DNA of 48,155 nucleotides, from contig JANLXT010000131.1 in the NCBI GenBank assembly GCA_031365225.1, forward strand, positions 1 through 48,155, read 5' to 3'. The notes under the pieces are model-generated. The model had not been told where the DNA came from. It saw only the letters and a list, made by a program, of their open reading frames with translations, and made no database searches. Position numbers and translations under genes: made by a program. This document shows, one piece after another, positions 26,491 through 34,028 of the stretch (the first letter of the stretch is position 1; each line of letters starts with the position of its first letter). The stretch is from a candidate division FCPU426 bacterium (GTDB lineage: Bacteria > Oederibacteriota > JAJYGY01 > DAIDJD01).

Positions 26491-28416
26491 CGGGATCGGC
26501 GTCAGGCTATACGTCGCGCTTAGCGTTGGCGTGCGCGTCAAGCTCCCCGTTGGCGATGCGCTCGGGGTCACCGATAGGCTCGGCGTCGGGCTAGGGCTGA
26601 AACTGGATGTGCTTGTACGGGTCGTGGAGAATGTTGGCGAAGGGCTGAAAGTGACTGTCACGCTCAGGCTCACAGACATGCTTGGAGAGACGCTCGGGGT
26701 CACCGATCGGCTCGGCGTCGGGCTAGGGCTAAAGCTGGGTGTGCTTGTACGGGTCGTGGAAAATGTTGGCGAAAGGCTGAAAGTGACTGTCACGCTCGGG
26801 CTCACGGACATGCTTGGAGCGACGCTCGGCGTTGGGCTGCCTGTTGGCGTCGGACTATACGTCGCGCTTGGCGTTGGCGTGCGCGTCAAGCTCACCGTGG
26901 GCGACGCGCTCAGGGTCACCGATAGGCTCAGCGTCGGGCTAGGGCTGAAGCTGGGTGTGCTTGTACGGGTCGTGGAGAATGTTGGCGAAGGGCTGAAAGT
27001 CGCCACCGTCGTAACGCTGAGCGTCGTCGAAGGGCTACGCGTGGGGCTGGGGCTCGCCGAAGCTAGCGTGAGGGTACGGGTGGGTGTCGGCGTGGGGATG
27101 ACTGCCGGGATAAAGCGGATGTCATCGAATTGCAGGCTGCTACCCGTGAAGTTGGCAAAGACAAGGTTGCCGACACGGGCCAAGTCCGCACCAAAAGCCG
27201 AGAGCGGGATGCTCACGTCCTGCCAGGTGGTCGTGACGGTAAAATAGCTGGCCGAGTTCAGATAATGGTCCTGGGGCGTGGCGCAACCCACACCCATGTC
27301 TTGCAGGCTGATGTCAAACTTCTCGCTGCCCACCCCGCCCCTGACCTTGAGAGCCAGGGTGCCGTAACCAGCTGCGTTTAGGCAAGCACCCGAGAGCACC
27401 GTGTACCAATAGCCGCTGGCATTGAGGGTCAGAGCCAACTGGCCTCCGGCATTGGCCGTGTCCCCACCCAAACTGGCGTCATCATCGGTATAAAGACCCA
27501 GGTCATTGGCGTGGCTGCTGTTGTACTGGGTCTGATTGCTAAAGTCATCGATGATGAGGGCGGCTGAAGCCGTGGGCGCCGGGGTAGGGCTGGGACAATA
27601 GGCGGTGGGCGTGGGCGCTGGGGTGGGGATGCTACCAGGATAGCCAGCCCAGGGGGCCTGGGTCACGCTCAGCACCAGCTGTCCGCCCACCACATTGACA
27701 TTGTTGGCGCTAAAATCCCCAGCATTGCCGCCGAACGTCGTGTTGTTTGATACGTTCCAACGCGCGGTGTCGAGCGTGTTAAAGTCGTCCCTCCATTGCA
27801 GGGTAAAGTCGTTGTTGCTGCCACTGTTGCCAGTGCCTGGTGTATAGGACGAATATGCCATCCAATCATAGAAGGCCATGGCCGGTAAACGACTGTTGTC
27901 GATGGCCCCAGCCCAACCAACAGAGTTTGAGGGCCAAAAATTGAGCATGAAGCGCTGGGGCTGGATCATCTCGACAGCGACATAGGAGCCCGTATCCTGA
28001 TAGACCAGGGCCCCATCGACATACCAGCGTATGGCCCCTGGCACCCACTCAATGGCGTAATGCTGATATCCAGCGTGTGGATCAAAACAAAACGACACAT
28101 CATGCTGATGGGCAACATTGTTATAGCTGAAGACGTTCAGGCTGGTCCGATCGCCATAGAGCCCCAGGTTCTCGATGTCGATCTCGTTAGCCTGAGTCAC
28201 TGGACCACTGTGAAAGGTGAAGAGGGCCGTCACCAGGCCTGAGCCCGAGGCGCTCTTGAACACACCCTCGTAGCGGCCATACGTGGTCGCGGCAGCCGTG
28301 GCGACCTCGCCAGCATAGTATGCCTTGCCACTGCCTGTGGGACCAATATTGGTCAAGGCAGCCTGACCGCGGCTCGCTGCCAGAATGGCGATGACGACCC
28401 ATGCCCAAGTGCGCAT
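26188..28416 (-). CDS. GH16 beta-glucanase (laminarinase/lichenase type): catalytic domain, CBM-like module, long repetitive Ser/Thr/Pro linker, C-terminal sorting-type domain
   Basis: Catalytic motif 'NEIDIENLG' (ExDxE). The signal peptide is 'MRTWAWVVIAILAASRGQA'. ATG 28416 is preceded by AGGTG with a 6-nt spacer. The track's GTG at 28425 abuts the upstream stop. The CTD is 'AVPNPNP...GLYYYRV...KLVVLR*'. Confidence 0.9.
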   Translation of the reverse strand: MRTWAWVVIAILAASRGQAALTNIGPTGSGKAYYAGEVATAAATTYGRYEGVFKSASGSGLVTALFTFHSGPVTQANEIDIENLGLYGDRTSLNVFSYNNVAHQHDVSFCFDPHAGYQHYAIEWVPGAIRWYVDGALVYQDTGSYVAVEMIQPQRFMLNFWPSNSVGWAGAIDNSRLPAMAFYDWMAYSSYTPGTGNSGSNNDFTLQWRDDFNTLDTARWNVSNNTTFGGNAGDFSANNVNVVGGQLVLSVTQAPWAGYPGSIPTPAPTPTAYCPSPTPAPTASAALIIDDFSNQTQYNSSHANDLGLYTDDDASLGGDTANAGGQLALTLNASGYWYTVLSGACLNAAGYGTLALKVRGGVGSEKFDISLQDMGVGCATPQDHYLNSASYFTVTTTWQDVSIPLSAFGADLARVGNLVFANFTGSSLQFDDIRFIPAVIPTPTPTRTLTLASASPSPTRSPSTTLSVTTVATFSPSPTFSTTRTSTPSFSPSPTLSLSVTLSASPTVSLTRTPTPSATYSPTPTGSPTPSVAPSMSVSPSVTVTFSLSPTFSTTRTSTPSFSPSPTPSRSVTPSVSPSMSVSLSVTVTFSPSPTFSTTRTSTSSFSPSPTPSLSVTPSASPTGSLTRTPTLSATYSLTPIPSKKKGKPNLLAQAAVPNPNPQALAVSLENDVDESELRIYDVGMRLVSSIRQGPLSAGWTRLGLPTDWLEQAPNGLYYYRVRVRGDGEQVSGPVGKLVVLR
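26498..27000 (-). repeat. In-frame nested tandem repeats in the GH16 linker (348-nt period containing a 132-nt sub-repeat)
   Basis: 'ggcgtc(a/g)g(g/a)ctatacgtcgcgct...' occurs at 26498 and 26846, a 348-nt (116-codon) offset. 'ctc(g/a)gggtcaccgat(a/c)ggctc...' occurs at 26561, 26693 and 26909, with a 132-nt (44-codon) offset between the first two. Confidence 0.85.
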
Positions 28417-28425
28417 CCTAGGCAC

Positions 28426-28727
28426 CTAACGCAAGACCACGAGCTTGCCCACGGGCCCGCTGACTTGCTCACCGTCACTGCGTTCGCGCACGCGGTAGTA
28501 ATAGAGCCCATTAGGCGCTTGGTTCAACCAGTCTGTGGGCAGGCCCAGCCTGGTCCAGCCTGCGCTGAGCGGTCCCTGCCTGGCGCTGCTCACCAAGCGC
28601 ATGCCCACGTCATAGATCCGCAGCTCAGCCTCGTCCACATCGCTCTCTAACGAGACCGCGAGCGCCTGGGGGTTGGGATTGGGCACCGCGGCTTGAGCCA
28701 GCAAATTTGGTTTACCTTTTTTCTTTA
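28426..28727 (-). repeat. ~300-nt CTD-encoding cassette, copy 2 (3' end of the GH18b gene)
   Basis: See 26188-26490. Both copies begin 'ctaacgcaagaccacgagcttgcccacgggcccgctgacttgctcaccgtcac'. Confidence 0.9.
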
Positions 28728-30459
28728 TGGATGTGGGAGAGACCGAGCTGGTAGGGCTGGCAGTCAGTGTGCCGCTGGGGACCAGGCTAGCGGTGAGGGT
28801 TGCTACGGGGGTACAGGTTAAGGTCGCGCTCAAGGTCTGGGTGAACGTAGCCGTCCCTGTCGCCACGGGGGTCAGGCTGGGGGTCGCTGTGCGTGTCTGT
28901 GTCACCGTCGGGGATGCGCTGCGCGTGGACGAGGGTGAAGTCGAAACGCTCACTGTTGGGCTAGGGCTCATGCTCGGCGAGGGTGTACGGGTTGGGCTCA
29001 ATGTCACCGAGACAGTGCCGGTGGTCGACAGCGAAGGCGACGGGCTAGAGCTAAAGCTGACGGTCGGTGTGCGGCTCGGTGTGGCCGACGGGCTCACTGT
29101 CCGCGTGCCACTTAACGTAGGTGACACAGTGGCGCTCGGTGACGCGCTCACTGTTGGGCTAGGGCTCCTGCTCGGCGAGGGTGTACGGGTTGGTGTAACG
29201 CTTTGCGTTGGGCTACGGGTAAAGCTGTAGGTCACCGTCACGCTGCGTGTGGGGCTGTTTGTGAAGGTAGTACTTACGCTGCGCGTAGCCGAAATGGTCG
29301 GGCTGGCCGTGGGCGTGGTGGCACATCCCGTACCAGCCAGCATCGCATCCAACAAGGGCTGATTGCCTGGACCCATGTAATCGTTGTCTAGCGCCCACAT
29401 GAACGAGCCGCCCAGACCACGCACATTGACGCCATGGTTCACCTTGATCTGAATGGACTGTGGGTCATCGTAGCTGATGAACCCAGCGCTTGCGTCGTTG
29501 CGTAAAAAAGGCGAGCTTGCGGACGCATCCCAGGTACGGGTCCAGCCCGCGCCGACCAATGGCGCGATGCTGTTATAAGCGTCACCCCCATTGGTCTCTG
29601 GCAGACAATCCGCTCCTGGACAAGTCACGTGGATGTTCTCGATGCTGTTCGTGCGATAGCCGTAAAAGGCGACGCCAATATTCAATTGCGATGCTGGCAC
29701 CCCGCGCGTCGTGATGTAATAGCTCAGCACATAGTTGGCGTTGGCCGTCGCTCCATCCGGATCGCCCGCAGGAGCATCGAGTGGTGCGTTGTGCCCTGTG
29801 TGCGTGGTCCAGGACCCATGAAAGTCATAGGTCATGACATTAAAATAGTCCATCATGGTCTTGACGGTGGCAAAATCAATGTACTGCGCCGCCCAATTGC
29901 CATTGGGCACCGCCGCGGTGATCAGCCAGCTTGGCGCGGGCGCAGGAGAGCCATTAAACTTGGTGCGCAGGTCCGAGACCAGCGTGGTGTAGTTGGTCCG
30001 ATCGGTAGCGCTGGTCGGAAACTCCCAATCAATATCCACGCCATCGTAACCATTGGTATTAAGAAAATTATAGACCGCGTTGACAAATGTCGTGCGCCGG
30101 GTGAGGTTGCCGGCAAGGGTCGAAAAATTGGCGCTAGAAGTGCCACCGCCACCGCCCACGCTCAAGAGCACCTTGACCCCTGCAGCATGCGCCGCCGTGA
30201 CCATGCCCGCCTCGACAAAACCGCCTGGGATGTTAAGCGTACCGTCGCTGTTGGGTGTCACAAAGGCATGATTAAGGTGTGTGAGCTTAGTCCAAGGGAT
30301 GGAACTCGATGGATACGCCCCCTTGCTCCATTCTGTGTAGTAAGCGCCCACGCGCTTGCACAGCGCCGCATGACCCTGCCATGGACGGGTCAGCGCCCAG
30401 ATCAGCATCAGTCGCTGGCCTATGAAGATTAAGGGGAGGTCTTTGTCAATGCGGAGCAT
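28426..30459 (-). CDS. GH18 chitinase (paralog b): catalytic domain, long Ser/Thr/Pro linker, C-terminal sorting-type domain (no CBM-like module)
   Basis: Catalytic motif 'DGVDIDWEFP'. The catalytic domain is colinear with and highly similar to the 15569-17644 product, with long identical runs such as 'SWLITAAVPNGNWAAQYIDFATVK'. The CTD is almost identical to the GH16 CTD. Confidence 0.92.
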   Translation of the reverse strand: MLRIDKDLPLIFIGQRLMLIWALTRPWQGHAALCKRVGAYYTEWSKGAYPSSSIPWTKLTHLNHAFVTPNSDGTLNIPGGFVEAGMVTAAHAAGVKVLLSVGGGGGTSSANFSTLAGNLTRRTTFVNAVYNFLNTNGYDGVDIDWEFPTSATDRTNYTTLVSDLRTKFNGSPAPAPSWLITAAVPNGNWAAQYIDFATVKTMMDYFNVMTYDFHGSWTTHTGHNAPLDAPAGDPDGATANANYVLSYYITTRGVPASQLNIGVAFYGYRTNSIENIHVTCPGADCLPETNGGDAYNSIAPLVGAGWTRTWDASASSPFLRNDASAGFISYDDPQSIQIKVNHGVNVRGLGGSFMWALDNDYMGPGNQPLLDAMLAGTGCATTPTASPTISATRSVSTTFTNSPTRSVTVTYSFTRSPTQSVTPTRTPSPSRSPSPTVSASPSATVSPTLSGTRTVSPSATPSRTPTVSFSSSPSPSLSTTGTVSVTLSPTRTPSPSMSPSPTVSVSTSPSSTRSASPTVTQTRTATPSLTPVATGTATFTQTLSATLTCTPVATLTASLVPSGTLTASPTSSVSPTSIKKKGKPNLLAQAAVPNPNPQALAVSLESDVDEAELRIYDVGMRLVSSARQGPLSAGWTRLGLPTDWLNQAPNGLYYYRVRERSDGEQVSGPVGKLVVLR

Positions 30460-30589
30460 GCCAATAGTCTATCGACCTGCTCTGCCCCGAAAAACGTTTT
30501 GATGGTGAAAAAAGTGATAATAAGACTTACGAATTTGACTTTGAAACCGCATCTTGGACTGCTGGCCCAAAATACGAAATAGTTATCAT

Positions 30590-32437
30590 TTAAGTGCGTT
30601 TTGCTGTTTTCGTCAGCTTGGGTTTTTTGACTTTGGCCTCGCTTCGATCGGCTTGCTCAGTTTGGCGAAAAGACGCCGGCGTCATGCCTACCGTTTTTTT
30701 AAAGACTCTTATCAAATGATGGGGTGACGAGAAACCACAGCGGCTGCCAACGTGCTCTAAGCCCAGCGTCGTGCTGCCCAGCAGGCGCCGAGCCCGATCG
30801 ACGCGAATGCGATTTAAAAAATCTAAAAAGCTGGTGCCTGTGCGGCGCCTAAAATGCCGCGTGAAGGCGGGTATGCTAAATCCAAAACGCCGTGCCACAG
30901 CTGCCAGGCGCAAGGGCGCTTGAAAGTTTTCTTGTAAATAGGCCAAGGCGTCTTCTAATCGTCGCACGGCCTGCACATCCGAAGGCCGGCTGGCAAAAAG
31001 CGCCAGTCCCCGTAGCGCCTCGTTGAAGGCGTCCAGCATGACGGGCAAGCTGGGTGCGTGTTCCAGCTGATGCTCGGCACCAGCTTCAAGGCGCTCAAGC
31101 TCTGGCGCGGCCAGGGGCACGACTCTACGTAAAAGACGACCCAGATCGGCCAAGCCAGACAGCAGCTGGGCGCGCACGACTTCGATGCGCTCGCCCGCGT
31201 ATTCTAAAAGCTGGCGCACATAGAGATCCGCTGCCAAACGCAAATGCTCTCCCTCACCTTCTTCGAGGGCTCGGCTTAGGTTCTCAAGAGCTTTTCTGGC
31301 GGGATGGATGCCGTGCCGATCCGCAGCGGGCTGATCCTCATAAAAGAGCAGATCTCGGTCAGCCTGCAACGCGGTGTGTAGGGTTAAGAGCGCCTGCCGA
31401 TGGCTCTCTAAAAGCCTCTCGCCCAAGGCCACGGGCGCGCCAACACCCGCCACCGCACGCAAACCAAAGCGCTGACGAATCCACTTGCGCACGGCTTCGG
31501 CGCACTCGCGAAGCTCGTCCCGTTGAAGCGACTTATCTTTGCCGGGTGTGGGCGAGCATAAAAGTAAAAGGCCATAGTCTTGCAGAGCGCCACCCACGGC
31601 CTCGGGCAAACTGCGCGCAAAAACACCAAACTCGTGCTGAATGGCCCGGACCGCAAGCAACGAACGCACCGGGTCCGCCGCTTGTTCGCGCGCCAACACG
31701 GGAATAAATCCCATCACACAATTTGGCACACGCGTGATCCCCAGCTCTTGACTCGACTCCGTTGATATTGCTTTATCCCAATACCACGGGGGTGGCCTAA
31801 AGCCATCATGCCCAATGGCCCGTTCGACCCAGCGTCGCTCGAGCAACGCTGGCAAGAGTGCCTGTTGGCGCAGACGAACAAGTTTTTCACGCAACGCCGG
31901 GGGAACTTCCCCTTCTAAGTACGCCGCAAAATGATCCATCCAGGCTTCCATCGCTTGGCAGGGACCCTTGTCAAGGACAGGCATGTTCAAGGCAGATCGC
32001 GCAAAGCGTACATAATCCGCGTCCACACTCGAAGGTCGTCGACCGCTCAATTGGCGCCAGAGTGCGGCAAGCTCATTCTCGTCCAGTGAGCTTTCTCTAA
32101 ATTGCCCCGCATAGAGACAGGTCTTTTGTCCTGTTTTCGATCGAACTGGCCAAAACCAATCATGAAAGCCATGCAATTCCGCCTTCACTGGTTTGCCAGT
32201 TTTTTCGACCCGCTCAAAAGCGCGCTCTAGGTGCTCATCCCTGGCGGGTTCTTTGCCCATCGGTATCTCAAGATGGTATGGACGAACCAGTTCGCCTTCT
32301 TCAAGCAGTTCGCGCCAGGTGACTTTGCCTTGCGCATCCCATCGAACAATCCATAGTGCCATCGGACGTAAGCGACGCCCTGTGTCCAAAGCTAAAAAAA
32401 GATCTTCGCCCAGGTTGTCGTCATTGAGCTTGCTCAT
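30590..32437 (-). CDS. AraC-family transcriptional regulator with a ~500-aa N-terminal sensory region
   Basis: The C-terminal dual HTH is 'FSIPAFTRHFRRRTGTSFLDFLNRIRVDRARRLL...GFSSPHHLIRVFKKTVGMTPASFR'. Its ATG overlaps the upstream TGA (ATGA). Confidence 0.9.
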   Translation of the reverse strand: MSKLNDDNLGEDLFLALDTGRRLRPMALWIVRWDAQGKVTWRELLEEGELVRPYHLEIPMGKEPARDEHLERAFERVEKTGKPVKAELHGFHDWFWPVRSKTGQKTCLYAGQFRESSLDENELAALWRQLSGRRPSSVDADYVRFARSALNMPVLDKGPCQAMEAWMDHFAAYLEGEVPPALREKLVRLRQQALLPALLERRWVERAIGHDGFRPPPWYWDKAISTESSQELGITRVPNCVMGFIPVLAREQAADPVRSLLAVRAIQHEFGVFARSLPEAVGGALQDYGLLLLCSPTPGKDKSLQRDELRECAEAVRKWIRQRFGLRAVAGVGAPVALGERLLESHRQALLTLHTALQADRDLLFYEDQPAADRHGIHPARKALENLSRALEEGEGEHLRLAADLYVRQLLEYAGERIEVVRAQLLSGLADLGRLLRRVVPLAAPELERLEAGAEHQLEHAPSLPVMLDAFNEALRGLALFASRPSDVQAVRRLEDALAYLQENFQAPLRLAAVARRFGFSIPAFTRHFRRRTGTSFLDFLNRIRVDRARRLLGSTTLGLEHVGSRCGFSSPHHLIRVFKKTVGMTPASFRQTEQADRSEAKVKKPKLTKTAKRT

Positions 32438-33075
32438 GGTCGCTCCCTTAAGGCTGCAACGGCCTCTAGCACTTGATCTGGTTTAGCGCAAAGACGCGCC
32501 GCGCCCTTCCATTCATTGGCTTGTCCAAAACCCCACACCGCCGCGATAAATCCGATTTGTTGTGAAAGGGCAGCGTCCCGATCTTGAGCCCGATCGCCTA
32601 ATAAAAAAGTTTGTGGTGCGGGCCAGCCCAGCTCTCGCAGAGCCCTTTCAACGATGGGCGCTTTGTTTGGGTTTAGATCCTTGGGATCGCAACCAAAAAT
32701 ACCTTGAAAGTATTCTGCGATGCCAAGACCACGCGCGACCATCGCGCCCGCATCGCTCGGTTTGGCGGTGGCAATCGCTAACGGGATGCCCGCTTGCCGA
32801 AGCCCAGCAAGCATGCCGAGCACTCCCTCAAAAAGCTCGCCTTCGGCGTGGCCACGCTTCCAAAAAAAATCTTGAAAGGCTTCAGCCCCGGCAGTGGATT
32901 GGTCGCCACAACCCAATCGCTCAAAGCATTCACGCAAAGGCAGACCGATCAAGGGGTCGATTCGCTCGGGCGCTGGCGGGGGCATCCCTAAAACTTTGAA
33001 TGCCTCCTCAAAGCCCCGCCGTATCCCTGGCCGGCTATCGACCAAGGTTCCATCTAGGTCTATAAGCAGTCTCAC
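32434..33075 (-). CDS. HAD-superfamily hydrolase (phosphoglycolate-phosphatase-like)
   Basis: Motif I is 'LIDLDGTLVDS'. 'IATAKP' and 'LGDRAQD' fit motifs II-IV. The GTG start overlaps the ppk2 TGA (GTGA). Confidence 0.85.
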   Translation of the reverse strand: MRLLIDLDGTLVDSRPGIRRGFEEAFKVLGMPPPAPERIDPLIGLPLRECFERLGCGDQSTAGAEAFQDFFWKRGHAEGELFEGVLGMLAGLRQAGIPLAIATAKPSDAGAMVARGLGIAEYFQGIFGCDPKDLNPNKAPIVERALRELGWPAPQTFLLGDRAQDRDAALSQQIGFIAAVWGFGQANEWKGAARLCAKPDQVLEAVAALRERP

Positions 33076-33875
33076 TCGATTTTTATATCTTTCAATCCTG
33101 GCGCTGGCTTAGGCCACTGCATCTCAAGGGCTTCCATCGCGTCCACGATCGCGCCGCTCACCACCCAGTCGCGATACCATTTTTTGTCCGCAGGCACCAC
33201 ATACCAAGGCGCGTGCTCGGTGCTGGATTTTTCAAAAACTTCTTCGTAGGCTTCGGCGTACTGGTCCCACGAGCCACGACTTTGCAGATCGCTGGGATCA
33301 AATTTCCAATTCTTATGGGCCTGATCCAAACGTTCTTGCAAACGCTTTTTTTGCTCATCTTTGCTGATATGCAAAAAGAATTTAAGGATCAGCGTGCCTT
33401 CGTCGGCCAACATACGCTCCCACTCGACGATGTGTCGATAGCGCCGACGCCAGACTTTCTCGGGTGCCAAATTTTGCACCCGCACCACCAAGACTTCTTC
33501 GTAATGACTGCGGTTAAAAATGGCCATCTCGCCACGACTAGGCACTTTTTCGTGCACGCGCCACAGATAGTCGTGTTCCTGTTCGGTCGAGCTTGGGGCC
33601 TTGAACGGGATCACATGCACGCCTTGAGGGCTGGTGGCATTAAAGACATTGCGCACGGTGCTATCCTTGCCACTGGTGTCTAGACCTTGAAAGATCACCA
33701 AGACTTTGCGCTTGTGCTCAGCCCATAACAGCTCTTGCAGTTCGGCCAGACGCTCGGTGCGCTTCTTGGTCTCGGCTTTTATCTGAGCTTTAAAGTCATC
33801 GTCATTTTTAGGTGGCTTGGTGTCGAATTCAGACAGCTTTATTTTGCTTTCCGTTTTAACAAGGTAGATCTTCAA
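33072..33875 (-). CDS. ppk2: Polyphosphate kinase 2 family protein (polyphosphate:nucleotide phosphotransferase)
   Basis: 'VLVIFQGLDTSGKDSTVRNVF' is a Walker-A-like PPK2 motif. 'NRSHYEEVLVVRV' is also typical. The TTG start is preceded by SD GGGAG with a 6-nt spacer. Confidence 0.88.
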   Translation of the reverse strand: MKIYLVKTESKIKLSEFDTKPPKNDDDFKAQIKAETKKRTERLAELQELLWAEHKRKVLVIFQGLDTSGKDSTVRNVFNATSPQGVHVIPFKAPSSTEQEHDYLWRVHEKVPSRGEMAIFNRSHYEEVLVVRVQNLAPEKVWRRRYRHIVEWERMLADEGTLILKFFLHISKDEQKKRLQERLDQAHKNWKFDPSDLQSRGSWDQYAEAYEEVFEKSSTEHAPWYVVPADKKWYRDWVVSGAIVDAMEALEMQWPKPAPGLKDIKIE

Positions 33876-33906
33876 GTTTCGCTCCCGATCATTAGAATGT
33901 TCATTT

Positions 33907-33934
33907 ATTATCGTTCTTTTAGGCCTGCTGGCAA
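33907..33934 (-). promoter_or_regulatory. Candidate sigma70 promoter TTGCCA-16 nt-GATAAT for ppk2-HAD-araC
   Basis: On the minus strand, TTGCCA is at 33934-33929 and GATAAT at 33912-33907. It lies just downstream of the terminator of the preceding operon and about 30 nt upstream of the ppk2 start. Confidence 0.4.
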
Positions 33935-33963
33935 GAAATGTCTATTTTCAGAGCTCTACTATA

Positions 33964-33993
33964 CAAAAAAACCCCTCTCAATCACTGAGAAGG
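33964..33993 (-). terminator. Rho-independent terminator of the MarR-pirin-FMN reductase operon
   Basis: Minus strand reads CCCTTCTCA-GTGAT-TGAGAGGGG-TTTTTTT. This is a 9-bp stem with one G-U pair, a 5-nt loop and a T7 run. It starts 35 nt after the stop at 34029. Confidence 0.8.
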
Positions 33994-34028
33994 GCTGATT
34001 TTTAATAAAAAGAGCTAAATTGCTTCCC

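Noticed and set aside
26188-28727. The ~300-nt direct repeats as termini of a mobile element carrying the GH16 gene.
   Set aside because: The repeats are coding CTD cassettes in the same frame as their host genes. There is no transposase or integrase, no inverted termini and no target-site duplication.
26435-29230. Possible CRISPR-like or minisatellite array suggested by the periodic repeats in the linker regions.
   Set aside because: The repeats are in-frame, lie inside long ORFs and encode Ser/Thr/Pro linkers. There is no repeat-spacer regularity of 28-37 nt, no leader and no cas genes.
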